A stretch of DNA of 64,000 bases from Gammaproteobacteria bacterium (GTDB lineage: Bacteria; Pseudomonadota; Gammaproteobacteria; UBA4575): positions 96,001-160,000 of the forward strand of contig CBDCTA010000028.1 in assembly GCA_965221955.1 (NCBI GenBank), in the 5' to 3' direction. Made by a program: the position numbers and the translations under genes. A model generated the notes under the pieces. The model was not told where the DNA came from. It saw only the letters and a program-made list of their open reading frames with translations, and searched no databases. This document shows, in pieces, positions 1 through 10,329 of the stretch; position 1 is the stretch's first letter, and every line of letters begins with the position of its first letter.

Positions 1-824
1 ACATTGCCAATCGATTTCGACATTTTTTCATGCTCGACATTTACAAACCCATTGTGCATCCAATAACGACAAAATAATTCGCCACCATGTACACAAGTTG
101 TCTGTGCCCTTTCATTTTCATGATGTGGAAATACTAAATCCTGCCCACCTCCATGAATGTCAATGGTATTACCTAAATGTTTTTCAATCATCGTCGAACA
201 TTCAATGTGCCAACCAGGGCGACCCCCACCCCATGGACTGTCCCATGAAGGTTGATCTTCAGTTGAAGGTTTCCATAAAACAAAATCTGCAGGATCTTTT
301 TTAAACGGTGCAACCTCTACGCGTGCACCTGCAATCATTTCTTTTTGATTGCGACCCGATAATTTTCCATATTCTGAATAAGAAGGCACATGAAAAAGCA
401 CATGCCCTTCTGCTTCATAAGCATGACCACTTTTTATTAGGCGCTGAATCATATCGATGATTTGTGGCATATGATCTGTTACACGCGGCTCTATAGTTGG
501 CGGCAACACTGCCAATTCATTCATATCTTGATGATAGATTTCAGTAAAACGTTTACTGATAGTATCAATGGAAGTGTTTTCTTGAAGGGCCGCAGCATTT
601 ATCTTGTCATCTACGTCTGTGATATTGCGGGTATAAACCACATTTGGAAATTCGTGCTGTAGCAATCTATAAAAAGTATCAAAAACCACTGCGGGACGTG
701 CATTGCCAATATGCGCATGGCTATAAACTGTAGGACCACACACGTACATAGTGACACGATTAGGATCAGCCGGAATGAACTCCTCTTTTTTGCGCGATAG
801 CGTGTTATAGACCTGAATCTTCAT
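1..824 (-). CDS. cysS: Cysteine--tRNA ligase, N-terminal part (runs off window start; not in ORF track)
   Basis: Manual translation from ATG at 824: [44 protein letters not shown] (CGPTVY, HIGH-like HIGN), later [10 protein letters not shown]. Confidence 0.95.
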   Translation of the reverse strand, partial: MKIQVYNTLSRKKEEFIPADPNRVTMYVCGPTVYSHAHIGNARPAVVFDTFYRLLQHEFPNVVYTRNITDVDDKINAAALQENTSIDTISKRFTEIYHQDMNELAVLPPTIEPRVTDHMPQIIDMIQRLIKSGHAYEAEGHVLFHVPSYSEYGKLSGRNQKEMIAGARVEVAPFKKDPADFVLWKPSTEDQPSWDSPWGGGRPGWHIECSTMIEKHLGNTIDIHGGGQDLVFPHHENERAQTTCVHGGELFCRYWMHNGFVNVEHEKMSKSIGN

Positions 825-1174
825 CAATTTTTAATCTTTGTGACTTTAAAGCAAATATAGCATTAGAAAAGAAATGGTTATAGCGCCCGATGGGTTAGGA
901 ATTGACCTGACTCACGTTTTACAAACTATCCTTGATTAATATTTCACTAGCAAGTACGTACCGCCAGCTATGCACCTGTTTAATAACCTACTGAAGAAAT
1001 ATGGCCTATTGCCATCATAGCATTTGCAAACGGATGTTTTTTTAAGGCTTCTAAATGATCCATAGCAATTTTTTTCATAGTCGTGACATAGAACAAAGAA
1101 CCTTATTAACGTATGCCATACACTAAACAAGCGAATTCACATGGAAGTGAATCCAATTCAAGGAGAGAGATGAG

Positions 1175-2887
1175 ATGCTTATTAAAAAGGCATTTAATAA
1201 GTTGTATTTTAACATCGGTTATCTATGCCGAAGCTGCTTTGCCGCGCTTATAGTCTTCATATTAAGCTGCAATACCTTACTCGCTAGCAACTTTCCCCAA
1301 TCAAAAAATATTGCCAACGTAGATCCAGATAATAAGCCTGCCTTAAACCTTAAATATGCTCTAGAGCATTCTTCATTACCTTTAATTAATGAAGTTACTA
1401 AACTGTATGAAAATAGAGGCTTCGATCTGTTATGGAGCAACGGCGAACAATATAATAATAAAGCACATGATCTATATCGTGTAATTCAAAATACCCGCAA
1501 ACTTGGACTCAATCCTCATGATTATGATTTAGAAATTATTGAGTATTTCCTAAACTCTACGATTGCGGATCCAAGCATCCTTAGCAAATCAGATATCACT
1601 TTTACACATGCTTATTTAAGACTCGCCAGCCATGTTGATCACAAACAATTTGACCAAAATAATGATTTATCCTCTAGTTATGGATTGCTAGACAATGAAG
1701 CATTTTTAGCAAATATTTTAGACGAATCTAAAACGAGCCCAGATCAAGCAAAACAAAGTCTAGAAAAAAATGAAAAAGAAAAAATTGCAAAGGAGCCACT
1801 TCAAAACAATGAGAGTCATTACATAAGGTTACTCAATGCCTTGGAAAAATATCGTTCTTTAAACGATAACTTTGAACCAATTCTATTGAGAAAAAAATCA
1901 TTGACGATTGGAGATGTCTCACCAGAAGTCATTAAAGCCAAAACACGACTTTATGAATTAGGAGATTATAAATATACAGACTTTAATAACGAGCTATTTG
2001 ATGAATTACTCGCTATCGCGATAGGCGATTTCCAAAGTCGGCATGGCTTAGAGGTGGATGGAATATTAGGCAAAAAAACTGCACGTGAAATTAACAAGTC
2101 TGCAGATAGTCGTGCGTTTCAAATTGAATTAAATCTTGAACGTGCTAGACAATTAGCCGAACTACAACATGATCGATACATTTTGGTAAATGTTCCTGAA
2201 TACAAACTTTATGTTATAGAGTACGGCAAAACGATTTACCAAACACGTGTGATCGTAGGTAAAAAGAAAAATAGAACCCCATCATTATCTTCAGAGATAT
2301 CTGAGTTTGTTCTAAACCCATACTGGAATGTACCAACTTCTATAACCAGAGACGAAATCATTCCCAAGCTCCTTGAGGATCCAGATTATCTAGTTAAAAA
2401 TGATATGAAGGTTATTTCTAAGCTCAGCAGCAATAATTATTTTATTGATCCTGGAGAAGTTGATTGGAGCAGTATCGACGCCAACAATGCACCATTACGC
2501 ATTCGCCAAGACCCTGGCAAGAAAAACGCTTTAGGCCGAGTGAAATTTTTATTCCCTAACCAATACAAAGTATATCTACACGATACCCCTTCACGCAGAT
2601 TGTTTGCTCGTCATTCGCGAGCTTTCAGTCATGGCTGTGTGCGAGTAGAAAACCCTATAGAATTTGCAGAAGTTTTATTATCCAATAGCCAGACCTGGAC
2701 CATCGAAGATCTTCACTTCTTCGCAAACCGTAAAAAAACTAAAGTCTTTAAATTAGATAAAGCCATTCCAATTCATATTACGTATATGACTGCCTGGGTC
2801 GATGATCAGGGCATCATTAATTTTAGACCAGACATCTACAAACGAGATAGCCATCTTGCCAGCACCTTGTATAATGCCTCCCACTAA
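1175..2887 (+). CDS. ycbB: L,D-transpeptidase YcbB/LdtD family
   Basis: PG-binding domain (FQSRHGLEVDG), NPYWNVP, YLHDTP and SHGCVR catalytic motif; next to ycbK. Confidence 0.9.
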   Translation: MLIKKAFNKLYFNIGYLCRSCFAALIVFILSCNTLLASNFPQSKNIANVDPDNKPALNLKYALEHSSLPLINEVTKLYENRGFDLLWSNGEQYNNKAHDLYRVIQNTRKLGLNPHDYDLEIIEYFLNSTIADPSILSKSDITFTHAYLRLASHVDHKQFDQNNDLSSSYGLLDNEAFLANILDESKTSPDQAKQSLEKNEKEKIAKEPLQNNESHYIRLLNALEKYRSLNDNFEPILLRKKSLTIGDVSPEVIKAKTRLYELGDYKYTDFNNELFDELLAIAIGDFQSRHGLEVDGILGKKTAREINKSADSRAFQIELNLERARQLAELQHDRYILVNVPEYKLYVIEYGKTIYQTRVIVGKKKNRTPSLSSEISEFVLNPYWNVPTSITRDEIIPKLLEDPDYLVKNDMKVISKLSSNNYFIDPGEVDWSSIDANNAPLRIRQDPGKKNALGRVKFLFPNQYKVYLHDTPSRRLFARHSRAFSHGCVRVENPIEFAEVLLSNSQTWTIEDLHFFANRKKTKVFKLDKAIPIHITYMTAWVDDQGIINFRPDIYKRDSHLASTLYNASH

Positions 2888-2914
2888 AAATCAGGATGCA
2901 AGCAAGGATTTTTC

Positions 2915-3484
2915 GTGGGTCATTCACGTAAGCGAGTTGTTGCGACTCAAAATACACGTCGAAATTTTTTAAAATGCACAACTGCTATCGCAGTTTCTAG
3001 TATTTTTCCTCAAGTAATTCATGCAAATAGCAGTTCTTTCTCAGAAAGAACTTTAGAGTTTATTAATCTACATACAGACGAATCCGTTCGTTGTTGCTAT
3101 TGGGAAAATGGTGAATATAATCACGAGAGTTTAGCTGAAATTAACCACACACTTCGCGATCATCGTGCCAATGAAGTTGCTGAGATGGACGTTAGCCTTT
3201 TAGATTTATTACACCTCATCCATAAAACAAGCGGTTCTCAAGCACCTTTCCATGTAATTTCGGGCTATCGCTCAGCACTTACCAATGAAAAATTACGCAA
3301 ACAAGGGAATGGTGTAGCCAAACGCAGTCTACATATGCAAGGCAAAGCTATTGACATACGTCTTCCAGATGTTGAATTACAGCAATTACGCGATGTTGCT
3401 CTCTCGCTAAAAGCTGGTGGCGTTGGCTATTATGCTAAAAGCAATTTTATTCACGTTGATATTGGTAGACCTCGCAGCTGGTAA
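2915..3484 (+). CDS. ycbK: YcbK/MepK peptidase M15 (DUF882), Tat signal
   Basis: TRRNFLK Tat motif; ISGYRS, SLHMQGKAIDI, FIHVD motifs. Confidence 0.9.
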   Translation: MGHSRKRVVATQNTRRNFLKCTTAIAVSSIFPQVIHANSSSFSERTLEFINLHTDESVRCCYWENGEYNHESLAEINHTLRDHRANEVAEMDVSLLDLLHLIHKTSGSQAPFHVISGYRSALTNEKLRKQGNGVAKRSLHMQGKAIDIRLPDVELQQLRDVALSLKAGGVGYYAKSNFIHVDIGRPRSW

Positions 3485-3547
3485 CATTATCTTTCCTGTA
3501 GCATTCTTCACTTAGAATGCAAATTAAAATAGTTCACTCATAATCCG

Positions 3548-3931
3548 ATGAAAGTTTTTCATCTAATTTTCTTGTGCATGATGCTCGTTTTTGCTGTATT
3601 ACAGTGGAATGATGTTGACGCAAACACTTGGATTGTAATTTATCTAGCCACTGCAATTCTTGCGACCATTGCCTATAAAAATATTTGCCAGCCCTGCACA
3701 ATTACTTGGGCGTTTTTGGTATCTCTGTTTGCTATTTTCATGTTGATTGGTGTAGCACCTGGCTTAAGTGATTTAATAGCCAAGAATGCGTATACAGATA
3801 TCTTTTTCGCCATGGATGATAACAAGCCTTATATTGAACAAACTCGAGAAGCACTCGGGTTATTCATCATTTTGATATATTGTTTTAGTGTTTTAGTTTT
3901 TCAATTGAAAAATAATAGCAAAACCAAATGA
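3548..3931 (+). CDS. TMEM220-like small membrane protein
   Basis: LQWND..W..IY and REALGL motifs, several TM helices. Confidence 0.7.
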   Translation: MKVFHLIFLCMMLVFAVLQWNDVDANTWIVIYLATAILATIAYKNICQPCTITWAFLVSLFAIFMLIGVAPGLSDLIAKNAYTDIFFAMDDNKPYIEQTREALGLFIILIYCFSVLVFQLKNNSKTK

Positions 3932-4749
3932 GCATTTTAGATGTACCTTATGCTGCACCAAAAACCATCATTTTTGATTGGCACGCTACTTTGGTCGACA
4001 CCCATGATGCAATGTATCTAGCGGTGGATGAAGTTTTACCCAAACTTGCAGAATTAGGCTTAGATAAAGAAATTATTCCCATTGAACAAAGTAAAACGCT
4101 TGACGATGCTAAATTAGTTCAATATATAAAAGACAAGCGCAAGCTTCACCCAAAAATCAAAGAGGCAAAAAAAATCTCAAGAACAGACATTTTTGAAGTG
4201 CTCTTTGGAAACAACAAACAAGCTAAAAAAGCGGCACACAAAGCTTTCGACATTGCCTATCGAAATCATTTTGGGCACGTTACGGCACTTGAACCACGTT
4301 TTGAACATGTGCTGCATGATCTAAAAGCGCTGGGAGTAATTTTAGCTGTTCTCACCAATAGAAAACGTGAATTTATGGACCATGAAATCACTTGTGTCGA
4401 TGGACATGATTGGTCACATTTTTTTGACTCTGTTGTATGTGGTGATGATGTAGAACACCGCAAACCCTACCCCGATTTAATTCTTAAAGTTCTTGAAGAA
4501 TTAAAAATTGAGCCTGGCAGTCACGCCTGGTATGTAGGAGATAGTACTACCGATATCATTTCAGCTAGAGAAGCTAAAGTGACCGCTATTTTTTATAATG
4601 GAGCTCAATGGGATCAAGAATGGCTCGATAAAATTTTTCCAGGCACGACTAAACACCCTCATCAACCAGATTGTGTAGTCAACAATAGCCTTGAATTGCT
4701 TGGTATGGCAAAGAAATATGTCGAGAGCAGTAGTGTAATTGAAACTTAA
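3928..4749 (+). CDS. HAD-family hydrolase (phosphoglycolate phosphatase-like)
   Basis: IIFDWHATL motif I variant, LTN, KPYP, YVGDSTTD. Confidence 0.8.
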   Translation: MSILDVPYAAPKTIIFDWHATLVDTHDAMYLAVDEVLPKLAELGLDKEIIPIEQSKTLDDAKLVQYIKDKRKLHPKIKEAKKISRTDIFEVLFGNNKQAKKAAHKAFDIAYRNHFGHVTALEPRFEHVLHDLKALGVILAVLTNRKREFMDHEITCVDGHDWSHFFDSVVCGDDVEHRKPYPDLILKVLEELKIEPGSHAWYVGDSTTDIISAREAKVTAIFYNGAQWDQEWLDKIFPGTTKHPHQPDCVVNNSLELLGMAKKYVESSSVIET

Positions 4750-4760
4750 TAGTTATAACT

Positions 4761-5570
4761 ATGCCTCCAAAAGTTGTCGTATTTACTGACCTAGATGGTA
4801 CCTTACTTGACCATCATAATTATAGCTATGCTGCAGCTAAGCCTTGCATTAATTACATTTGCAAACATGGTATACCACTGATACTCACCAGCAGTAAAAC
4901 TAGCGTAGAGATCGAACAACTATGCATTGAATTAAACTATTTTCATCCATTTATTGCAGAAAATGGTGGAGTGCTCTGTACACCAAAAAACTATTTTACG
5001 AAAAATACTGAAACTGTTAACGAATATGAAAAAATTATAATTGGCGTTAGCAGAAATGATATCCAAATAGCTTTAGAACAACTAAAACCATCATTTCACT
5101 TTAAATCTTTTCTTGAAATGACTGCAGAAGAATTAATCTCCCATACAGGATTAACTAGACAACATGTTATTTATGCTAATCAACGTGATAGTACAGAGCC
5201 CTTATTATGGGCAGATGATGCAGAAAAGTTAAAAGATTTTGGATATCAACTTAAGCATTATAATTTAAGACTTGTAAGTGGTGGGCGCTTTCATCATGTA
5301 ATGGGAATACATGATAAAGCTTCTACAATGTTGAAATTAATAAATACATTTTCTAGCTACTTTGATCATGAAATCATCTCTATTGCGTTAGGTGACAGCC
5401 CAAACGACTTAGATATGCTTAAAACTGCAACATATGGCATCGTTATTCCTAATGACGATGCACCAAAAATGTGCATTGATAAACATGCTAACCTAAGGCG
5501 CGCAATTCATTCAGGGCCGCGTGGTTGGAATGATACATTATTGTCTTTATTAATGGAGTTAAACGAGTGA
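4761..5570 (+). CDS. gpgP: Glucosyl/mannosyl-3-phosphoglycerate phosphatase (HAD IIB, MpgP-like)
   Basis: FTDLDGTLLD, TSSKT, ENG, GGRF, LGDSPND; overlaps the synthase gene. Confidence 0.85.
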   Translation: MPPKVVVFTDLDGTLLDHHNYSYAAAKPCINYICKHGIPLILTSSKTSVEIEQLCIELNYFHPFIAENGGVLCTPKNYFTKNTETVNEYEKIIIGVSRNDIQIALEQLKPSFHFKSFLEMTAEELISHTGLTRQHVIYANQRDSTEPLLWADDAEKLKDFGYQLKHYNLRLVSGGRFHHVMGIHDKASTMLKLINTFSSYFDHEIISIALGDSPNDLDMLKTATYGIVIPNDDAPKMCIDKHANLRRAIHSGPRGWNDTLLSLLMELNE

Positions 5571-6778
5571 CTGATTTTTTCCAAAATGGCGTAATTGCAA
5601 CATTGCACAACTTAACTGATCGCAAAACGGAATCGATTGAAAAAGAACTACTGCAATGGAGCAAAAGCCGCCCAATGTCTTTAATCTTGCCTTGTTTATA
5701 TTCCGAATTACATGGCCCTGCACTTGAAAATATTATCGAAGAATTGACTGCAGCTTCATACATTTCAGAAATTATTATTGGTCTAGATGCTGCAAATAAA
5801 GACGAATTTGAACATGCCCGCGAATTCTTTAGCAAACTGCCACAACATCATGTCATTCTATGGAACGATGGACCAAACCTTAGAAAGATAGATCAAGATA
5901 TAAATGAGCATAGCTTAGCACCAGATCAAGCTGGAAAAGGTCGCAATGTTTGGTATTGCCTAGGCTATTTTCTTGCATCAGGAAAATCAAAAGCGGTTGC
6001 ATTACATGACTGCGACGTACTGACCTACGATCGAAGTATACCCGCAAAATTATTATATCCAGTAAATCACCCAACTTTTGATTATGTATTTTGTAAAGGC
6101 TATTACTATCGTGCACATGAAAATAATTTTTCTGGTCGTGTATCACGATTGTTAGTATTACCTCTTCTTACCGCACTAAAGCAATCCATTGCGCCACACG
6201 ATTATTTAGATTTTTTGGGAAGTTTTCGTTATGTGTTAGCAGGTGAGTTTTCAATGCGTGCAGGAGTTGTGAATTCTTTACGAATCCCTAGCGACTGGGG
6301 ATTAGAGATAGGCATACTTTCTGAAATGTATCGCAGATATTCAAATCAACGTATTTGTCAAGTCGATATTGCTGATTGTTATGATCATAAGCACCAAAGT
6401 CTTTCTGAAAATAACCCAGATGCTGGACTTTCAAAAATGAGCATAGATATCTCGAAAATTATTTTTCGTAAGCTTGCAACTCACGGTATTACTTTAACAC
6501 CTGAACAATTTCGCACGATTAAAGCCGCATATTACCGACGCGCATTAGATCTAATTGATAACTATTCAAATGACGCAGCAATGAATGAGCTTACTGTAGA
6601 TCGACATAAAGAAGAAAGCACTGTAGAGTTGTTTGCACAAAATATTATGAATGCAGGAGATAGATTTCTATCTAACCCAATGGAAACACCTTTTATGCCG
6701 ACATGGTCAAGAGTGGCAAGCGCAATTCCAAACATATTTGAAAATTTACACAAAGCGGTTACTGAAGATAACCTTTAA
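5567..6778 (+). CDS. gpgS: Glucosyl-3-phosphoglycerate synthase (cyanobacterial/proteobacterial GpgS type)
   Basis: MTDFFQNG start, GKGRNVW, HDCD, KGYY, GRVSRL, DWGLEIG, YDHKHQ; gpgP and GH13_18 neighbours. Confidence 0.8.
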   Translation: MTDFFQNGVIATLHNLTDRKTESIEKELLQWSKSRPMSLILPCLYSELHGPALENIIEELTAASYISEIIIGLDAANKDEFEHAREFFSKLPQHHVILWNDGPNLRKIDQDINEHSLAPDQAGKGRNVWYCLGYFLASGKSKAVALHDCDVLTYDRSIPAKLLYPVNHPTFDYVFCKGYYYRAHENNFSGRVSRLLVLPLLTALKQSIAPHDYLDFLGSFRYVLAGEFSMRAGVVNSLRIPSDWGLEIGILSEMYRRYSNQRICQVDIADCYDHKHQSLSENNPDAGLSKMSIDISKIIFRKLATHGITLTPEQFRTIKAAYYRRALDLIDNYSNDAAMNELTVDRHKEESTVELFAQNIMNAGDRFLSNPMETPFMPTWSRVASAIPNIFENLHKAVTEDNL

Positions 6779-8529
6779 CCTTTATTTGTAATCCATAAGC
6801 ATTGGTATGGTTTCAAAATGATTGTTTCAGCAGAAAGGTCAATTACATCCCATTCAATTAAATCAATCCAGGTATCTGTACAAATAAGATTTATATTCGC
6901 CAACGAAAGAGGCTGATCTTTTTCAGTAACGTTATGAATCGCAAATATACTTTGTTCACGATCAACACTTTGACGCCAAAACCCGAATAAAGCATTACCT
7001 AGATGCAAAGTAAACTGAGTCGCATCTGGATGAAATGCCGCTTGCTTAGAGCGTATTGAAATCAGCCGCTTTAAATCATGAAAAATTTTACATAACTTAG
7101 AAGTATAGTCACTTAGCCTATGATCAATTTCTTCAAAATCCCACTGCCCTCTATTAATCGCACGATTATGATTTGTAACAGAGAGTTTTTCATAATCATT
7201 TTCACCAGCCAACAAGCTATGAATATAAAATGCTGGTATTCCCTCCAAACCTAACATTACCGTCTGTGAACATAAAAATCTTTCAATTTGATAATTATCT
7301 TTACCTACATGTGTGCCTTTCATAGCATCCATCCAAGTGATATTAAGCTCATAAGGACGTTCACCTGCATCTGTAATGGATCTCATAGTGACTTTTCCAC
7401 CAAACTGTTGCATACCCTCAGCCAATGAATCTATTGTTTCATTTGCCAAGATCCCTTCAGCTGGACGTAAACCAATCCCATCATGTGAAGCAGTGAAATT
7501 TAAATAGGTGCAATTTGCAGGCGCAGGCGGCAAACTCATCGACCAACGCACAAGATGTTCAGAAGTTCCTGCCCACATTGCATGCAGCAATAAAGGAGGT
7601 AAGCTGAAATTATAGATGATGTGTGCCTCATTAGAATTACCAAAATATTTCAAGTTTTCAATATTTGGTACATTCGTTTCAGTAATAAATAAAACTCTAG
7701 GAAAATAGCGTTCAATAAGCAGACGGAATACTTTTACAATTTCATGTGTTTCTGAGAGGTTGATACAGCTCGTGCCTATTTTTTTCCATATAAATGCGAT
7801 CGCATCTAAACGTATAACGCGTACTCCCTGTCCTATATAAAATTTAAGGATTTTAATAAACTCTAGCAATACCTCTGGATTTGAAAAGTCCAAATCAATT
7901 TGATCATGACTGAATGTACACCAAACATTCTTGTATCCATCTTTTGTTTTGATCTCTCTTAATAAACTACTAGATCGTGGACGTACAACTTTATTCAAGT
8001 CATCTTCTTCTTCTGCAGTTATAAAATAGTCACATCCTGGTTTTTTATTATCTAGAAACTGCTGAAACCATTCACTTTCAGAAGAAATATGGTTTATCAC
8101 TAAATCGGCCATTAAGTCGAACTGTTTAGATATTTTTTTAATATCCTGCCAATCTCCTAGCTCAGAATTAACACGTTTATAATCAATCACAGCAAAGCCA
8201 TCATCAGAGCTATAAGGGAAAAAAGGTAAAATATGAACAGTGCTTACCACATTCTTCAAATACTTCACTAAAAACTCATATAGCACTTTCAAAGGCTTAG
8301 CTGAATCCGAAAGAATTGAATTTCCGTATGTGATTAAATACACATCTTTTTCACTCCAAGCATCATGCACAAACGAGTCATCCACTTGCTCTATTGAGTT
8401 TTTTTCGTCGACAAATACGTTTGAAATCTTTTCAACTACTTGTTCAGCAATATCCTCGCCATAAACTTTTACGATATGTGAGTGCAATCGAGTATTGAAT
8501 TCTTGTTTTGTTAAGTATGAAACATCCAT
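6775..8529 (-). CDS. GH13_18 sugar phosphorylase, likely glucosylglycerate phosphorylase
   Basis: HILPFFPYSSDDGF, RLDAIAF nucleophile, ITETNVP, ASHDGIG, PYELN loop. Confidence 0.85.
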   Translation of the reverse strand: MDVSYLTKQEFNTRLHSHIVKVYGEDIAEQVVEKISNVFVDEKNSIEQVDDSFVHDAWSEKDVYLITYGNSILSDSAKPLKVLYEFLVKYLKNVVSTVHILPFFPYSSDDGFAVIDYKRVNSELGDWQDIKKISKQFDLMADLVINHISSESEWFQQFLDNKKPGCDYFITAEEEDDLNKVVRPRSSSLLREIKTKDGYKNVWCTFSHDQIDLDFSNPEVLLEFIKILKFYIGQGVRVIRLDAIAFIWKKIGTSCINLSETHEIVKVFRLLIERYFPRVLFITETNVPNIENLKYFGNSNEAHIIYNFSLPPLLLHAMWAGTSEHLVRWSMSLPPAPANCTYLNFTASHDGIGLRPAEGILANETIDSLAEGMQQFGGKVTMRSITDAGERPYELNITWMDAMKGTHVGKDNYQIERFLCSQTVMLGLEGIPAFYIHSLLAGENDYEKLSVTNHNRAINRGQWDFEEIDHRLSDYTSKLCKIFHDLKRLISIRSKQAAFHPDATQFTLHLGNALFGFWRQSVDREQSIFAIHNVTEKDQPLSLANINLICTDTWIDLIEWDVIDLSAETIILKPYQCLWITNKG

Positions 8530-8620
8530 GTCTTCATTGTACTCTTATTAAAATATGTATCTTTTTGAACAATTAATTTAGCTAAGTTGTTTGTAACAAT
8601 CACATGATAAGCGTTAAAAT

Positions 8621-9160
8621 ATGCTTATGACACCTACTCAAAACGAAGGCGTACTGATCAGTCAGTCAGTCGCAATACTAATTGACGGCAATAATATTGA
8701 GCGCAGCATTCACAATGAGACTGGAGATGAAAACTCCATGCTCAATTTTGACACACTCATTCCTAAACTGTTAGATAACAGAGGTCTAAGCCGATTAATA
8801 TATTTTCGCGAAGGCAAACAAATTTCCCAGAAACTTCAGGAACGGTTACACGAGTTTTATCATGGCTCGGTACGTCCCTGCCATAAAAGTGCCGATATTC
8901 CACTTTCGATTAAAGCCACACAGGTCGCTAGTAAAGTCGACACCATTATTATCATGTCTGGTGACTCAGATTACATAGAGCTAGTACGACATCTAAAATC
9001 TGAGGGGGTACGAGTTGAGATTGCTGCAGTACCCAGTACCACCTCAAAATTATTAATCGACGAAGCAGATCATTTTCATGCTCTTAATAAAGAATATTGG
9101 TTCACCTTGGGCACGAAACGAGGTAAACGTAAATCTAGCCAAAAGAAAAAAAACAAATAA
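8621..9160 (+). CDS. NYN/LabA-DUF88 domain protein
   Basis: ILIDGNN, KSADI, MSGDSDY, GVRVE motifs. Confidence 0.85.
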   Translation: MLMTPTQNEGVLISQSVAILIDGNNIERSIHNETGDENSMLNFDTLIPKLLDNRGLSRLIYFREGKQISQKLQERLHEFYHGSVRPCHKSADIPLSIKATQVASKVDTIIIMSGDSDYIELVRHLKSEGVRVEIAAVPSTTSKLLIDEADHFHALNKEYWFTLGTKRGKRKSSQKKKNK

Positions 9161-9171
9161 CCTCAAGCACC

Positions 9172-9558
9172 CTATTCTGGCTCGCCCTGCCATAACATTT
9201 CATACCCTATTTCATAAGTTTCACTTGCGTAGTTACTTAACGCATCAAATTTTTCTTTAAAGACAGAATCTGCATGTGACTTTTCATGCTGTTCGAATGA
9301 CTGCCAATAAGTAACGATAGCGATGTGATCTTCTGTTTGTTTTTTTGATGCAATAGACCCTTCATCTGATACAAATCCTGAAAATTTATAGACTTGTCCA
9401 CCAATAAAGCCGCCCTTATCATCCCCATATTTATTTTTTACAACATTACACATTTCACCCAAAGCCAGCTGAACATCTACTTCAGAAACGTTATCTTTAA
9501 GTTTAACTACGTTGTATAACATGACACAGCCAAAAGGAATACTGAGTGGATTAAACAT
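9172..9558 (-). CDS. Alpha/beta-barrel (ABM/Dabb-like) protein resembling the catalytic N-terminal half of sulfur oxygenase reductase
   Basis: AGGAG RBS; MC..GFIGGQ..TYW..HEKSH..YE.GYE motifs. Confidence 0.55.
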   Translation of the reverse strand: MFNPLSIPFGCVMLYNVVKLKDNVSEVDVQLALGEMCNVVKNKYGDDKGGFIGGQVYKFSGFVSDEGSIASKKQTEDHIAIVTYWQSFEQHEKSHADSVFKEKFDALSNYASETYEIGYEMLWQGEPE

Positions 9559-9831
9559 TTATTTTCTCCTTTTAAGTACATATATCCTCCTATATACATG
9601 GCACAAAGTCATGTTAAGAATACTCACATAGAGATAAACTCATCATTAATAGTTATTTGTACTATGATAGTTGCATAAAGATATCATTTACTCCTTTCAT
9701 CCTTCTACTTCTGCTTAAGTTAATTCGCACAAATTAAACTCCATAATCCTGCAATCTCACGCATGCTAGACACATTTTTCCAATAACGGTATGCTGAAAC
9801 TTCCTATATAATAATAGAGTGAGAATTAATC

Positions 9832-10263
9832 ATGGGACTATTTGAATTTGCTAAAGATTTCGGTAAAAAACTATTTGGAATAAAAGACAATCCAGCAGTC
9901 AAAATCAAAGAGCACATATTAGAATCCAATCCTGGGGTAGATCCTCTCGAGGTTGAGTACGATGATGGAAAAGTCACTTTATCTGGCGAATGTTCAAGTC
10001 GAGACGCTTACGAGAAATGCATTCTTCTTGCGGGAAATGTTGAAGGCGTAACAGAGGTATCTGCAGAAAACCTCAACGCTCCTGAACCAGAAATAAAAGT
10101 GGAATATTATGTAATCGAAAGTGGTGACACATTATCAAAGATTGCAAAACAATATTACGGAAATGCAATGGATTATCCAAAGATATTTGAAGCAAATCGT
10201 GAGGTAATTAAAGATCCAGATTTAATTTATCCAGGACAAAAAATTCGCATCCCACTTGAATAA
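9832..10263 (+). CDS. kbp: BON-LysM protein Kbp/YgaU
   Basis: MGLFEF..GKKLF, AGNVEGV, GDTLSKIAK..YG..IFEANR..PDLIYPGQ. Confidence 0.9.
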   Translation: MGLFEFAKDFGKKLFGIKDNPAVKIKEHILESNPGVDPLEVEYDDGKVTLSGECSSRDAYEKCILLAGNVEGVTEVSAENLNAPEPEIKVEYYVIESGDTLSKIAKQYYGNAMDYPKIFEANREVIKDPDLIYPGQKIRIPLE

Positions 10264-10270
10264 ACCTCAG

Positions 10271-10300
10271 CAGCCCTTACAAAATCTGTAAGGGCTATTT
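10271..10300 (+). terminator. Hairpin after kbp
   Basis: AGCCCTTACA-aaatc-TGTAAGGGCT inverted repeat, short T tail. Confidence 0.6.
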
Positions 10301-10329
10301 ATGCACTCTACTTTTGCAAGAAACACATT

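Noticed and set aside
98-1130. Short track ORFs at 98-304, 462-662 and 936-1130, and similar antisense ORFs across the window
   Set aside because: They are shadows of real genes (e.g. cysS) or lack an RBS and protein-like features.
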